Shown here one piece after another: positions 8,745 to 17,713 of a stretch of DNA of 44,363 nt (the stretch's first letter is position 1; each line of letters opens with the position of its first letter). The position numbers were made by a program, and so were the translations under genes. Source of the DNA: a virus (lineage: Duplodnaviria; Caudoviricetes); the IMG/VR virus record IMGVR_UViG_3300033485_000034, positions 1 through 44,363 of that record; one strand, written 5' to 3'. The notes under the pieces were generated by a model. It searched no databases. It saw only the letters and a list, made by a program, of their open reading frames with translations, and had not been told where the DNA came from.

Positions 8745-11700
8745 TCAACGATTGAGTGCCGCCAACAGTTCCGCGACAGCGTCCTCCAGCGGGCCGCCAA
8801 GCTCGGCAGCCTGAATGGTGGCTTCGTTACCGGTGGCCGGCGCCGTGCCCAGCGGGGGCAGCGTCTCCGGTTGCGCCGGGGTCTCTGGGTTCAGGAACTC
8901 GTCGAGTTCCCTGCCCACTGAGTGTACCTGCTTCAGCGACCGCAACGGGTCGATGAGGCTGCCGGCCTTCTCGGCCGACTGGTACAGGTCGATGCCCTCG
9001 GCGAGCCCACCGCCCTCGATGCGAGCCTGCTCGTCCAGTCCCTGCTGGGCGATGTCGCGCATCCACGAGGGGAAGGCCGCGCCGATGTCCCACGGGACAG
9101 AGGGCAGAAGGTAGCCGGCGAACCAGATGGACTGGCTGTGCCCGAGCGCTTCCATCTTCTGGTCGAACTCGGGGTCCCACTCGCGCTGCACGGCCATGGA
9201 GGTCTGGACGTCCCGCAGGCTGTACGCCATCGCGCCAGTGCGCACGCCGAACGGGGACTGGGCAACGAACCTAATCATCTCGGGGGCAATCTTGCCCCAC
9301 ATGTAGGACGCCGGGTAGAGCCCGAACATCGGGTGGTTGACGCTGCGCTCCAGCATCGTGCGACGCTGGCTGAAGTATTGCAGGCGGTACGCGTCACGCC
9401 ACTTCTCGGCCATGCTGTCGAAGGCGGCCTGCACGAGCCGGCCCTCGGTCAGGTTGTACTGGACCGCCCCCTCGGTCGGGATGCGCGCCAGCTCTTGCAG
9501 GATGCGTCCGTACGGACTGGCCTCCGGGTTCCCGATGCCCTGCGCCACGACCTTCTGCGTCCACTCGCCGAAGGCCCGATGCGCGCGGATGATGTCCGGG
9601 TTGACGGTCGGGACCGGGGGCTCCTTCCAGCCGGCCTCCTCCTTCAGGATGGCCTTCAGCTCAGTGACGGCTTCCTCCAGCGTCTCGGGACCGGTGAACC
9701 TGTGGCCGGGGGCTCGATACTGCTCGTAATACGGGACATCCAGCCAATACTCCTTGTTGGAGACATTGGGGAGGGTCGGGTCCACGATGAACTTGCTGGT
9801 GAACTTCGGATGGAGGGGGTCGATGCCCGGCGTGAAGGCCACGGCTCCCAGCTCTGCCATCGCCTCGCGCCCGTCGACCATCCCGTACTCGCCCATCCCC
9901 AGACGGGCCTTCGAGTCGTAGAACCGGTTACGGAAGGCGATGTACTTGGGGTACTTCTTCGGGTTCTGCCCCATCATGAGGTCCAACCCGTGGAACCATT
10001 CATGGGTGACAATCGCCTCGCGGGAAGACGACACGTTGAATGGGGCACCGAAGTTGGACCTCCGAAGCGAACCATCGTAGTCGTAAGTTCGCGTCATGAA
10101 GCCGTTGTTGAGACGCTCCGCAGTCTGGTACTGGAACTGGAAGTAGTCCTTGTCCAAGACGATAGAGGGAAGGTCGTCCCCGTATCCGATAGAGAACCCG
10201 GAGGCCTGCTTGCCGATTGTGGCGAAGACGTCATCGACTACGACGAGCCCGATGGGCTGGTCGGGGAACTGCTCGGAGAGCCGGCCCACCGTGTTCACAA
10301 TCGCGCGAGTGGCGTGCGCCCCAAGGTCTTCCGCGAACACGCTGTCGTCTACGACTGCCTTCGTGACGTAGTAGACCCTGCCGCCGTGACGGATTTCGAC
10401 TTCCGTCGACCGCTCAGGCCAGCGCGCCAGCGCCTCCGCCTTGTTCACCGGCAGGGAGGCCTCCCAGATGTCGCCCTCGGTCGCGTTGATGCCGTCGACG
10501 ATGCTCTGGGCGAGGCTGTTCGAGACATCGCCGCGCACCATGTCCGCCACGTCGGCCATGTCGAGCGTCAGCTCGCCGCTCTCGATGCGCGCCTTCAGCC
10601 CCGGGGCGAACTCCTTGACGAGTGCCAGCTTGGCGCTCGGGTCAAGGTGCTCGGCGAAGATGGCGCCAAGCTGACGGATGAGGTCTTCGGGCGTGCTGAT
10701 GTACTCGCCGGCCGTGTCGACCTTGGGGACAAGCCGGGCGAGCTGCTGCTCGTCGACCGGAAGCCCGCCCCTCATCACCTCATGCAGGCGCCCGAGGTTC
10801 CCGAGCACGGCTTCATCGCCGCCCATCCCGGGCGACAGCACCTGACTGATGAAGTCGATGGGGTCCATGCCGCGCAACTCCGCCATGGCGGCGACGCGGC
10901 TCTCCATGAAGATGCGCTCCGCGGGCAACATGTTGAAGCGCTTGGCGGCCGTCTGCCAGAACCCGGACCACGAGAACTCGAAGGCCGAGCGCACCCGGAG
11001 GATGTAGTCGCGGTCCGCCCCCATCCGGCCGAGGAAGTCGGTGACGTCGTCGAGCTTCAGGTTGCCGGCCGCGATGGCAGCGCGCAGGTCAGCCTGCGTC
11101 CGGTATGTCTTCCCTCCCGGCCCGCTGAAGTTGGCAAGCTCAGCGATGGAGTCAAGGTCGAGCGGACGCAGCTCGCCGAGAGTCTGCGGGTGCATCCAGC
11201 GGCCGGGCTCGATGGCGGCCTTGAAGTCGGCCTTCCAGCCGCCGGCCTTCAGGCCGCGCTCCAGCCGACGCACGAGCACGTCGCTGCCGAGCATGTTCTC
11301 GCCAATCATGTTGATGGCGAAGTCGTCGTCGTTGAGCAGGCCGCCGGCCTTCTTCGAGGCGGTCAGCTTCATGTCGTCCCAGACGCCCGGCTGGAACTCC
11401 TCCCAGATGGCCTTCATCTCCTTGCCGAGGCCCTTGCGGAAGGTGCGCAGCATGTTGAGGCGCTTCGCGCCCTGCACGTCCAGAAGCGAGCCGCCGACGT
11501 CCTTCAGCTTGGCGATGACGCCCGTGCCGTTATCCCCGGCCCGAATGAACCGGTCGCCCTGCAAGACGTGCGTGCTGTACTCGTACTGGTCGATGTCACC
11601 CATGCGCACGAGCGAGTGGTCGAGCATGCGCTGGAACAGGCCAGCGGTCGCCTCGTCGACAGCGCTCGGCTTCCGGCCAAGGATGACGGCGGCCCCGCGC

Positions 11701-14483
11701 TGGGCGTTCAGGATGATGGGCTCGATGCGCTCCTGCGTCTGGAAGACCGCGTTGATGCGGAACTTGATGGTCGGGTAGACGTTCTCGGCAATCTGCCCGA
11801 GGAAGTTGACGCCGGTCGCCTCGCCGACGACCCGCTTGGCCCGCCCGGTCAGCTTCTGCGTCACACCCACGAACCGGACGTCGCCCTCGTATGCGCGCAG
11901 CATTAGACTAAGCAGGTCGCGCTGGTCGAACTGGCCGGCGAGGCGGGGCGGGACAAGGTGCTTGGTCGACTGCCAGAGGTTGCCGGCAGCGAGACCGCGC
12001 GGGTTGGCGATGATGCCGGTCGAGGTCAGCTCCTCCATGCCCCGCATCATCTCGTTCGCCTCGGGCACGGTGAAGCCATACTTCCCGACGGCAATCGAGC
12101 GACCACGCAGGCGGGCCGCATCGGCGATGACGGCGCCCGACACCTGAGCCTTCAGGACCCGGCCCATCGCCTCCATGCTATCGATTGCCTTGGCCACCAT
12201 CCTGACCGGCGCCCCGATGACCGGCTTGCCGGCGAAGTTCATGGTCAGGTGACGTGCCCCCGTGTACCCGGGCCCAACCTCGGAGAGCCCGACGTGGTCG
12301 ACCCAGACCGGGCCGATGGCCTCCCACTTCCCGCCTGCCGCGTTGGTGCGGGCGATGCCCCACTTGAACTCGTCGGGCGGGGCGAAGCCCAACGTGTAAA
12401 CGCCATACATCTCGTCCTGAAGCTCGCCCATGGGTGGGTTCGCCGCCAGCTCGTCGTCGACGACCTGCATCGGCAGCGAGTCCTGCTTGCGCCGGAGGAA
12501 GTCCTCGAAGCGCGCGACCTGCTCGCTGGGAGCTGCGCCCTCGGAGGTGAAGTAGCGCAGCTCCGGGTAGAGCCCCTTGGCCGTCTCAATCTCCTGAAGC
12601 GCCTCCTGCACCGTCCCGGCCTTCATGCGGTCGATGATGCCGCCGGCGCCCTGCACCGTCAGGGTCTTCTTGCTCAGCAGAATGAGCCGGTGAGCCTTGT
12701 CCCCGAGCCCCCCAGCCCCGGCGATTTCGTCGCGGACCTCGGCAAGCCGGTTCGTGTAGTAGCCGTACGTCGAAGCATGGAGGAGACCGCGCTGGTCGTC
12801 GCTCATGTCGGCGATGACCTTGCTCCACTCCTCCTCGTCGAGGAACCCGTATGCCTTCGCCATCCGCAGCGAGAGGTTGTCCAACTGGTCGGGCGTCCAC
12901 TCCACGATGCGGTTCCGGGCCGTCTCCTCCAAGATGTCGACGACGATGCTCCTCGGGCGCTTGGTCACCAAGCCAGCCACCACCTCGTCAGGCGAGACCG
13001 TCGCCAGCGTATCGCCCAGACCGTCGGCGAGGATGGAGTTGCGGTGGCTGTTCCCGACGACCCGCTTGGCCAAGTTGCCGGCATAGACGGCGAGGTTGTC
13101 TCCGAACGCCTGCACGAGCGACCTGTCGACCTTGGCCAACTTCTCGATGACAACGAGCTGGTTCGGAGCGCCGTAGCCGTCGATGACCGTCTTCACCGTC
13201 AGCTCGGTCAACAGGTCGACGTTCTTCTCCTGACCGGGCAGGCGGAGACCCATGGCATGGAGCGGGTCGACGACAGTCCGGGCGACCTTGGACATCCGAC
13301 CGATGAGGGTGCCCTGCATCTCCGGGTAGACGCTGGTCAGGATGCGCGCAGCCTTCAGGCCCCCCTCGGTCTCGGCGAGCCGACCAACGATGTTCGCCGT
13401 CGCGGCCGTCCCGGGAGCGCGCAACATGGTCCCGGCCTCGGACGCCGTCTTGGCGGAGACCGCCAGCCTGCCGCCGGCCGCCAGCCCGCTCGCGCCGAGG
13501 GCGGCGACGTTCAGCGGGTCGGTCGCCATCGTACCCGCCATCTGCAAGGCGGGGTCATGGGCGATGCCAGCGCCGTGAGACGAGAGGAAGTCAAGCGCCT
13601 CCGTCTCCGTCCACTCGCCCGACTTGAACTTCGTGTACGTGATGTACTCGATGGGGTTCATCTCGGCAGACCCGAGCAGGCCGCCCTTGAACCCGGCCTT
13701 CCCCTCGGCGACCGCCACGATTTGCTGCAACCGGTTCATCCCGGCATCGCCCGGCTTGCCTGCGCCCGCGATGAGCCGTTCCGTCCCGCGCTGAGCGACG
13801 CCCAGAGCACCCAACACGTTGTTGACGGTCTCGGCGAGCGACGCGGGCGGCGTGTACAGGCCGGTCCACAGGTTCGGCTGGGCGGCGGAAAGCTCCTCCT
13901 CGCGCTGGCGCAGGGCGCTCGCCATGATGTGGCCGACGGCCGGGCCGACCGGACCGGTGCTGCTGGCGATGGCCTCCATCGCCTTCTGCTTCGCCTCGGA
14001 GTCGTCGGGAAGCTCGGCGAACAGGCGCCGCACCTCGTCCTCGCTCGTCGACGGGATGTGCTCCAACAGGCCGCCGGTGGCGTCGAGAATGTTCCCGCCC
14101 ACGCCGAGGACGGCGGCGCCGGCGTTGGCGGTCGCCTCCGATGCGAAGCGCCCGACGTCGCTGACGAGCGGCACGTCGCCGAGCAGCCCCCCGCGATGAC
14201 CCTCCGGGTCAGCCACGTTCGCCCCGAATAGGGCGGCCTTCAGGCCGTCCATGAAGTTCCCCGTCTCGGCGGCGACCGTGCCGGCCGTCCCGATGGGGTC
14301 GAGCGGGTTCAGGTTATAGGTGCCCGGGGTAGCCCCGGAGTCAGCAGTCTCAGGGGATGTCGGGCCGTACGACGGCGGGGGCCCGTAGCCCGAACTCGAC
14401 CGGGGCAGGCCAGAGGGAGCGAACCCTCCGCCACTGGTGCTGAACCCCGAGCCACCGCCCTGCTGCCAGAGGGGAGTCGACAT
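8745..14483 (-). CDS. Large (1912 aa) putative internal virion/ejection protein with zincin-like HExxH domain
   Basis: Size, helical composition and position between portal and scaffold; IVTHEWFHGLD...EYG...REAMAE metallopeptidase-like motif. Confidence 0.55.
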   Translation of the reverse strand: MSTPLWQQGGGSGFSTSGGGFAPSGLPRSSSGYGPPPSYGPTSPETADSGATPGTYNLNPLDPIGTAGTVAAETGNFMDGLKAALFGANVADPEGHRGGLLGDVPLVSDVGRFASEATANAGAAVLGVGGNILDATGGLLEHIPSTSEDEVRRLFAELPDDSEAKQKAMEAIASSTGPVGPAVGHIMASALRQREEELSAAQPNLWTGLYTPPASLAETVNNVLGALGVAQRGTERLIAGAGKPGDAGMNRLQQIVAVAEGKAGFKGGLLGSAEMNPIEYITYTKFKSGEWTETEALDFLSSHGAGIAHDPALQMAGTMATDPLNVAALGASGLAAGGRLAVSAKTASEAGTMLRAPGTAATANIVGRLAETEGGLKAARILTSVYPEMQGTLIGRMSKVARTVVDPLHAMGLRLPGQEKNVDLLTELTVKTVIDGYGAPNQLVVIEKLAKVDRSLVQAFGDNLAVYAGNLAKRVVGNSHRNSILADGLGDTLATVSPDEVVAGLVTKRPRSIVVDILEETARNRIVEWTPDQLDNLSLRMAKAYGFLDEEEWSKVIADMSDDQRGLLHASTYGYYTNRLAEVRDEIAGAGGLGDKAHRLILLSKKTLTVQGAGGIIDRMKAGTVQEALQEIETAKGLYPELRYFTSEGAAPSEQVARFEDFLRRKQDSLPMQVVDDELAANPPMGELQDEMYGVYTLGFAPPDEFKWGIARTNAAGGKWEAIGPVWVDHVGLSEVGPGYTGARHLTMNFAGKPVIGAPVRMVAKAIDSMEAMGRVLKAQVSGAVIADAARLRGRSIAVGKYGFTVPEANEMMRGMEELTSTGIIANPRGLAAGNLWQSTKHLVPPRLAGQFDQRDLLSLMLRAYEGDVRFVGVTQKLTGRAKRVVGEATGVNFLGQIAENVYPTIKFRINAVFQTQERIEPIILNAQRGAAVILGRKPSAVDEATAGLFQRMLDHSLVRMGDIDQYEYSTHVLQGDRFIRAGDNGTGVIAKLKDVGGSLLDVQGAKRLNMLRTFRKGLGKEMKAIWEEFQPGVWDDMKLTASKKAGGLLNDDDFAINMIGENMLGSDVLVRRLERGLKAGGWKADFKAAIEPGRWMHPQTLGELRPLDLDSIAELANFSGPGGKTYRTQADLRAAIAAGNLKLDDVTDFLGRMGADRDYILRVRSAFEFSWSGFWQTAAKRFNMLPAERIFMESRVAAMAELRGMDPIDFISQVLSPGMGGDEAVLGNLGRLHEVMRGGLPVDEQQLARLVPKVDTAGEYISTPEDLIRQLGAIFAEHLDPSAKLALVKEFAPGLKARIESGELTLDMADVADMVRGDVSNSLAQSIVDGINATEGDIWEASLPVNKAEALARWPERSTEVEIRHGGRVYYVTKAVVDDSVFAEDLGAHATRAIVNTVGRLSEQFPDQPIGLVVVDDVFATIGKQASGFSIGYGDDLPSIVLDKDYFQFQYQTAERLNNGFMTRTYDYDGSLRRSNFGAPFNVSSSREAIVTHEWFHGLDLMMGQNPKKYPKYIAFRNRFYDSKARLGMGEYGMVDGREAMAELGAVAFTPGIDPLHPKFTSKFIVDPTLPNVSNKEYWLDVPYYEQYRAPGHRFTGPETLEEAVTELKAILKEEAGWKEPPVPTVNPDIIRAHRAFGEWTQKVVAQGIGNPEASPYGRILQELARIPTEGAVQYNLTEGRLVQAAFDSMAEKWRDAYRLQYFSQRRTMLERSVNHPMFGLYPASYMWGKIAPEMIRFVAQSPFGVRTGAMAYSLRDVQTSMAVQREWDPEFDQKMEALGHSQSIWFAGYLLPSVPWDIGAAFPSWMRDIAQQGLDEQARIEGGGLAEGIDLYQSAEKAGSLIDPLRSLKQVHSVGRELDEFLNPETPAQPETLPPLGTAPATGNEATIQAAELGGPLEDAVAELLAALNR

Positions 14484-17047
14484 CAGAGCATCCGTCCGTT
14501 GAAGATTTCCTCAGAGATGTTGAACGGCTTGGGTGGCTGGTAGATGGGGACGGGAGTCGGGGCCGGTGGCTGGTAGACCGGGATGGGCGCCGGCGTGACC
14601 GGCACCGAGACCGGTGCCGGGGCCGGCTTGGCGATACTGGCCGGCACGCCCGGGACGCTGATGACGGTCGGGGTCCGCAGCTCAATCTCGCCGGGGCGCC
14701 CGAACTTGACGTCCCTGAGCGTGGTGTTCCCCTTGTTGAACTGCTCGCCGAGACGGTCGAACCCGGTACCGACCAGCCGGTCGGACGGGAGCTTGTAGTC
14801 CTGCCCTGTGGCCGCCTGCTCGCCGAGAACCCCCGGGGCGACCAGTGGCCTCGGCACGGAGCCCAGCTCGGCGACCGTCTTCACGCGCTCGTACAGGTCG
14901 ACGATGGCCGCCTGCAACTTCTCGCCCGTGCTCATCTGCCCGAGCTGGCGCGACAGCGCGCGGTCGGCGGCCCCGAGGGCATACGGGTCGGCATCCGGCC
15001 CGGGGACGTAGGCCCCATTCATCATGTCGAAGGTGTAGCCGGCCGAGACAGCAGCCTCGCTGCGCACCTGCGCCACGAACAGGGGGTCGCGCATCATGAC
15101 CCTCAGCAGCTCCTGCCCGTCCGGCAAGCTGGCGAGTGCGGCGAGCGTCGGGGAGAAGTAGTCCTGCGTGGGCACGTACCCACCGACGGCGGCGCGGGCC
15201 GTGTCCGTCCCGATGACCGCGAGGGCCGGGTTCATGTAGAGCCTGCCCGGCGTCTCGGCTGCCGTCTTCGTGGCGGCCTTGTACCCGGCCACGTAGAACG
15301 CGGCGGTGGGGTCCGTGTTGACCCTCGGGTCGAAGGCGGGCAGGGCGGCCGTCATCCTGAGCGCGATGCCGGCCTCGGTCGGGACCTCGACCACCTTGCT
15401 GTCGTCCCAAGGCGTCTCGGTGCTGTACATCGTGCGACCGTTGACCTTGTAGCTGTAGACCTTGACGGTCTTCCCGCCGACGTTCACCTGCGCGAAGTAG
15501 AGCGCCGGGTTCGCGTTGTCGAGCGCGACCTCCTCCCCGTTAGCAAGGATGCCGTACGCGGTGATGGGCACCAGTGCCACCGTCAGCGGAACGGCCACGC
15601 TGCCATTCTGCGGGGTGTAAACGACGACCGGCTTCTCCAGAGACAGGGCCTCGACGTCCTGCATGTAGGCTGCGCCGATGGCGGGTGCGCCCGGGCGAGG
15701 CTCGAAGGACCCGTCGGCGTTGTACATGCCCTGCGTCCAGACGACCTGACCGGCCCCGCCGGCCACCGCGTCGACCTGCTCTTGCAGGATGCGCACGTTC
15801 TCTTGGTCGATGCCGATGGAGCCCTTCCCTCCCGTCGCCTCGGAGCTGGTCTGGGTGAAGCTGTCCGCCAGCGACCACCCGCTCTTGTCCCCGTTCGCCT
15901 CGGCCAGCAAGGCGTTCCGCGTCACGTCGTCCGTGGCGATGCGGTCGTCCTCGGCGAGGGAGAACAGCCTGCCTTGGTACTTGGTCCACGCCGCCAACCG
16001 AGCCTGCGGTGAGGCAGAGGCGTCGTTCATCACCCGGTCGAAGTCCTGCCGGGCGACCAAGTAGTCCTGCTGCACCGGCCACGCGTTCATCTGCCGGGCG
16101 GTGGCGGCGAAGTATTCGCGCTGCCGGGCCAGTTGCGACGCGTCCGACACGTGCCCGGTCTTGGTCGCGTAGTCGATGCGCTCCCCGAGTCCGTCAATCT
16201 GCCGGCGGAGCAGGTTCTTGACGTAGCTGATGTCGAGATTGCCGTCGAACGTCGGGTCCATCGCCTTCAGGCGCTTGACGATGTCAGCACCGGTAATAGC
16301 CGCCCCCGTTACCGGGTCGTGGTACAGGACGCGAATGTTGCCGGCGACGGCCCCCTCGGTCGCCGAGCTGGAACTCCGGTACATGATGTCGTTGACGAGG
16401 CGCAGCATCTGGCTCGGGTCGGTCGGGTCGAAGTTCGTCAGGTCACTGCCGGAGCCGGGAGCGCCGATGAGGGCAGGCACCCCGATGCCGCCGTTGCCGA
16501 CCTGCGCCATCGTCCTGAAGGTGTCGACTAGGAACTCGCCGGCCTTCTCGTTCTTCGCGTGCAAGTCCACCATGCGCTTCTGGTAGGCCAGCTCGGCCGC
16601 GCGCCGGATGTCCGCCTGACTGCGAGCCTTGGCCGCCTTCAGGAACTGCCCCGCGTCGCGCTGCAAGGCGCGGTAGAACTCGCTGTTCACCGGGACTTTC
16701 TTGGCCCACCCGAGGTAGAACTGGGCCATCTGCCCGTCGGACACCTTCCCGAGCGCGTAGCGCGCCGTCATCTTCGACTCGTGGATGGCGTAGTCGAGCT
16801 GCTCACGAGCCATCTTGTAGGTGTCGTACAGGGGGTCGTCCTTCGAGACGCCCTCCATGCGCTTCGCCCAGTGCGCCAGCACCATCTCGTCGGTGACCTG
16901 ATGCCCCTCGAACAGGCCGCCCTTCTGCCACGCACTCATGATGTTCTGGTCGCGCTGGCTCTGCATCTCGCGAGCGATGGCGATGAGCGTGTTCGTCAGG
17001 GAGGGAGCAGGGCGAGGAAGACGCCCGAAACGACCGGCGCGAGCCAT
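14483..17047 (-). CDS. Putative internal virion/ejection protein (854 aa)
   Basis: Helical N-terminus, Pro-rich C-terminus; TGATG-coupled to the 1912-aa gene. Confidence 0.5.
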   Translation of the reverse strand: MARAGRFGRLPRPAPSLTNTLIAIAREMQSQRDQNIMSAWQKGGLFEGHQVTDEMVLAHWAKRMEGVSKDDPLYDTYKMAREQLDYAIHESKMTARYALGKVSDGQMAQFYLGWAKKVPVNSEFYRALQRDAGQFLKAAKARSQADIRRAAELAYQKRMVDLHAKNEKAGEFLVDTFRTMAQVGNGGIGVPALIGAPGSGSDLTNFDPTDPSQMLRLVNDIMYRSSSSATEGAVAGNIRVLYHDPVTGAAITGADIVKRLKAMDPTFDGNLDISYVKNLLRRQIDGLGERIDYATKTGHVSDASQLARQREYFAATARQMNAWPVQQDYLVARQDFDRVMNDASASPQARLAAWTKYQGRLFSLAEDDRIATDDVTRNALLAEANGDKSGWSLADSFTQTSSEATGGKGSIGIDQENVRILQEQVDAVAGGAGQVVWTQGMYNADGSFEPRPGAPAIGAAYMQDVEALSLEKPVVVYTPQNGSVAVPLTVALVPITAYGILANGEEVALDNANPALYFAQVNVGGKTVKVYSYKVNGRTMYSTETPWDDSKVVEVPTEAGIALRMTAALPAFDPRVNTDPTAAFYVAGYKAATKTAAETPGRLYMNPALAVIGTDTARAAVGGYVPTQDYFSPTLAALASLPDGQELLRVMMRDPLFVAQVRSEAAVSAGYTFDMMNGAYVPGPDADPYALGAADRALSRQLGQMSTGEKLQAAIVDLYERVKTVAELGSVPRPLVAPGVLGEQAATGQDYKLPSDRLVGTGFDRLGEQFNKGNTTLRDVKFGRPGEIELRTPTVISVPGVPASIAKPAPAPVSVPVTPAPIPVYQPPAPTPVPIYQPPKPFNISEEIFNGRML

Positions 17048-17253
17048 CAGTAGCCTCCGCAGTACGGCTCGATGATGGCGCGGGTGACCCGTCTCACCCT
17101 GTCACCAATCCACAACACACCGAAGCATCCGAGGGCAACGATGTCGCTCTCGACGAAACGGTGTTCCTGCGGCGGGCCATAGTATGGCTCGGGCCATTCC
17201 TTGCCCCCGACCGCGTACCAGACCTTCGCCCGGTACAACGACGCATCCTTCAC
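17047..17253 (-). CDS. Hypothetical protein
   Basis: Coupled by overlaps at both ends (GTGA and TGATG). Confidence 0.5.
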   Translation of the reverse strand: MKDASLYRAKVWYAVGGKEWPEPYYGPPQEHRFVESDIVALGCFGVLWIGDRVRRVTRAIIEPYCGGY

Positions 17254-17381
17254 TTCTTCGCCTTAGCCTTCACCTTCGGAGGAAGCTTCTTCCCCTTGGG
17301 CGTCTCCTTCTCCCAACGGTTGGCCATCTCGGGATGGTTCGCGTGCATCCACTTGCGCTGTGCCTGCGACTTGAACGGCAT
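17250..17381 (-). CDS. Small basic phage protein (MPFKSQAQRKWMHANHPEMANRWEKETPKGKKLPPKVKAKAKK)
   Basis: 43-aa ORF missing from the track; fills the gap exactly; MPFKSxAQRxWM..P..A.RW pattern is common near phage head genes. Confidence 0.75.
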   Translation of the reverse strand: MPFKSQAQRKWMHANHPEMANRWEKETPKGKKLPPKVKAKAKK

Positions 17382-17382
17382 G

Positions 17383-17712
17383 TCAGCCCCTCGTGATGTT
17401 CAGGATGAGTGCCATGATGGCAGCGAACACGCCGGCGGCAGCGACGACCGACAGGATGAGCTGCCACGCGCCCCGGCTGCGGTTGGCAAGGTCGCCGTAC
17501 GTCGAGCGCCACTCGTTCGTGTTCTCGAAGCGCCGCTCGTTGGCGGACTCGGCCTTCGTCACCGCCTTCTCGGCGGCAGCCAGCGCGGCAGCGATGGCAG
17601 CGGCATCGGCAGTCCGAAGGTCGGTGTACCGGAGCTGGTCAGCCTCCCGCAGGGCATCGAAGTGCGTCTTCAGCGTGACGTACTGCTTCATGGTGCGCTT
17701 GTGCTTGGGCAC
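17383..17712 (-). CDS. Coiled-coil protein with C-terminal transmembrane helix (holin/XhlA-like membrane protein)
   Basis: Ala-rich coiled coil then WQLILSVVAAAGVFAAIMALIL. Confidence 0.5.
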   Translation of the reverse strand: MPKHKRTMKQYVTLKTHFDALREADQLRYTDLRTADAAAIAAALAAAEKAVTKAESANERRFENTNEWRSTYGDLANRSRGAWQLILSVVAAAGVFAAIMALILNITRG

Positions 17713-17713
17713 C

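Noticed and set aside
8745-14483. N4-like or crAss-like virion RNA polymerase
   Set aside because: No DxDGD or T7-type polymerase motifs are recognisable, and it is far smaller than N4 vRNAP.
8745-17047. Tape measure protein
   Set aside because: It lies upstream of the scaffold and MCP, lacks the periodic aromatic repeats, and has no preceding tail tube or chaperone genes.
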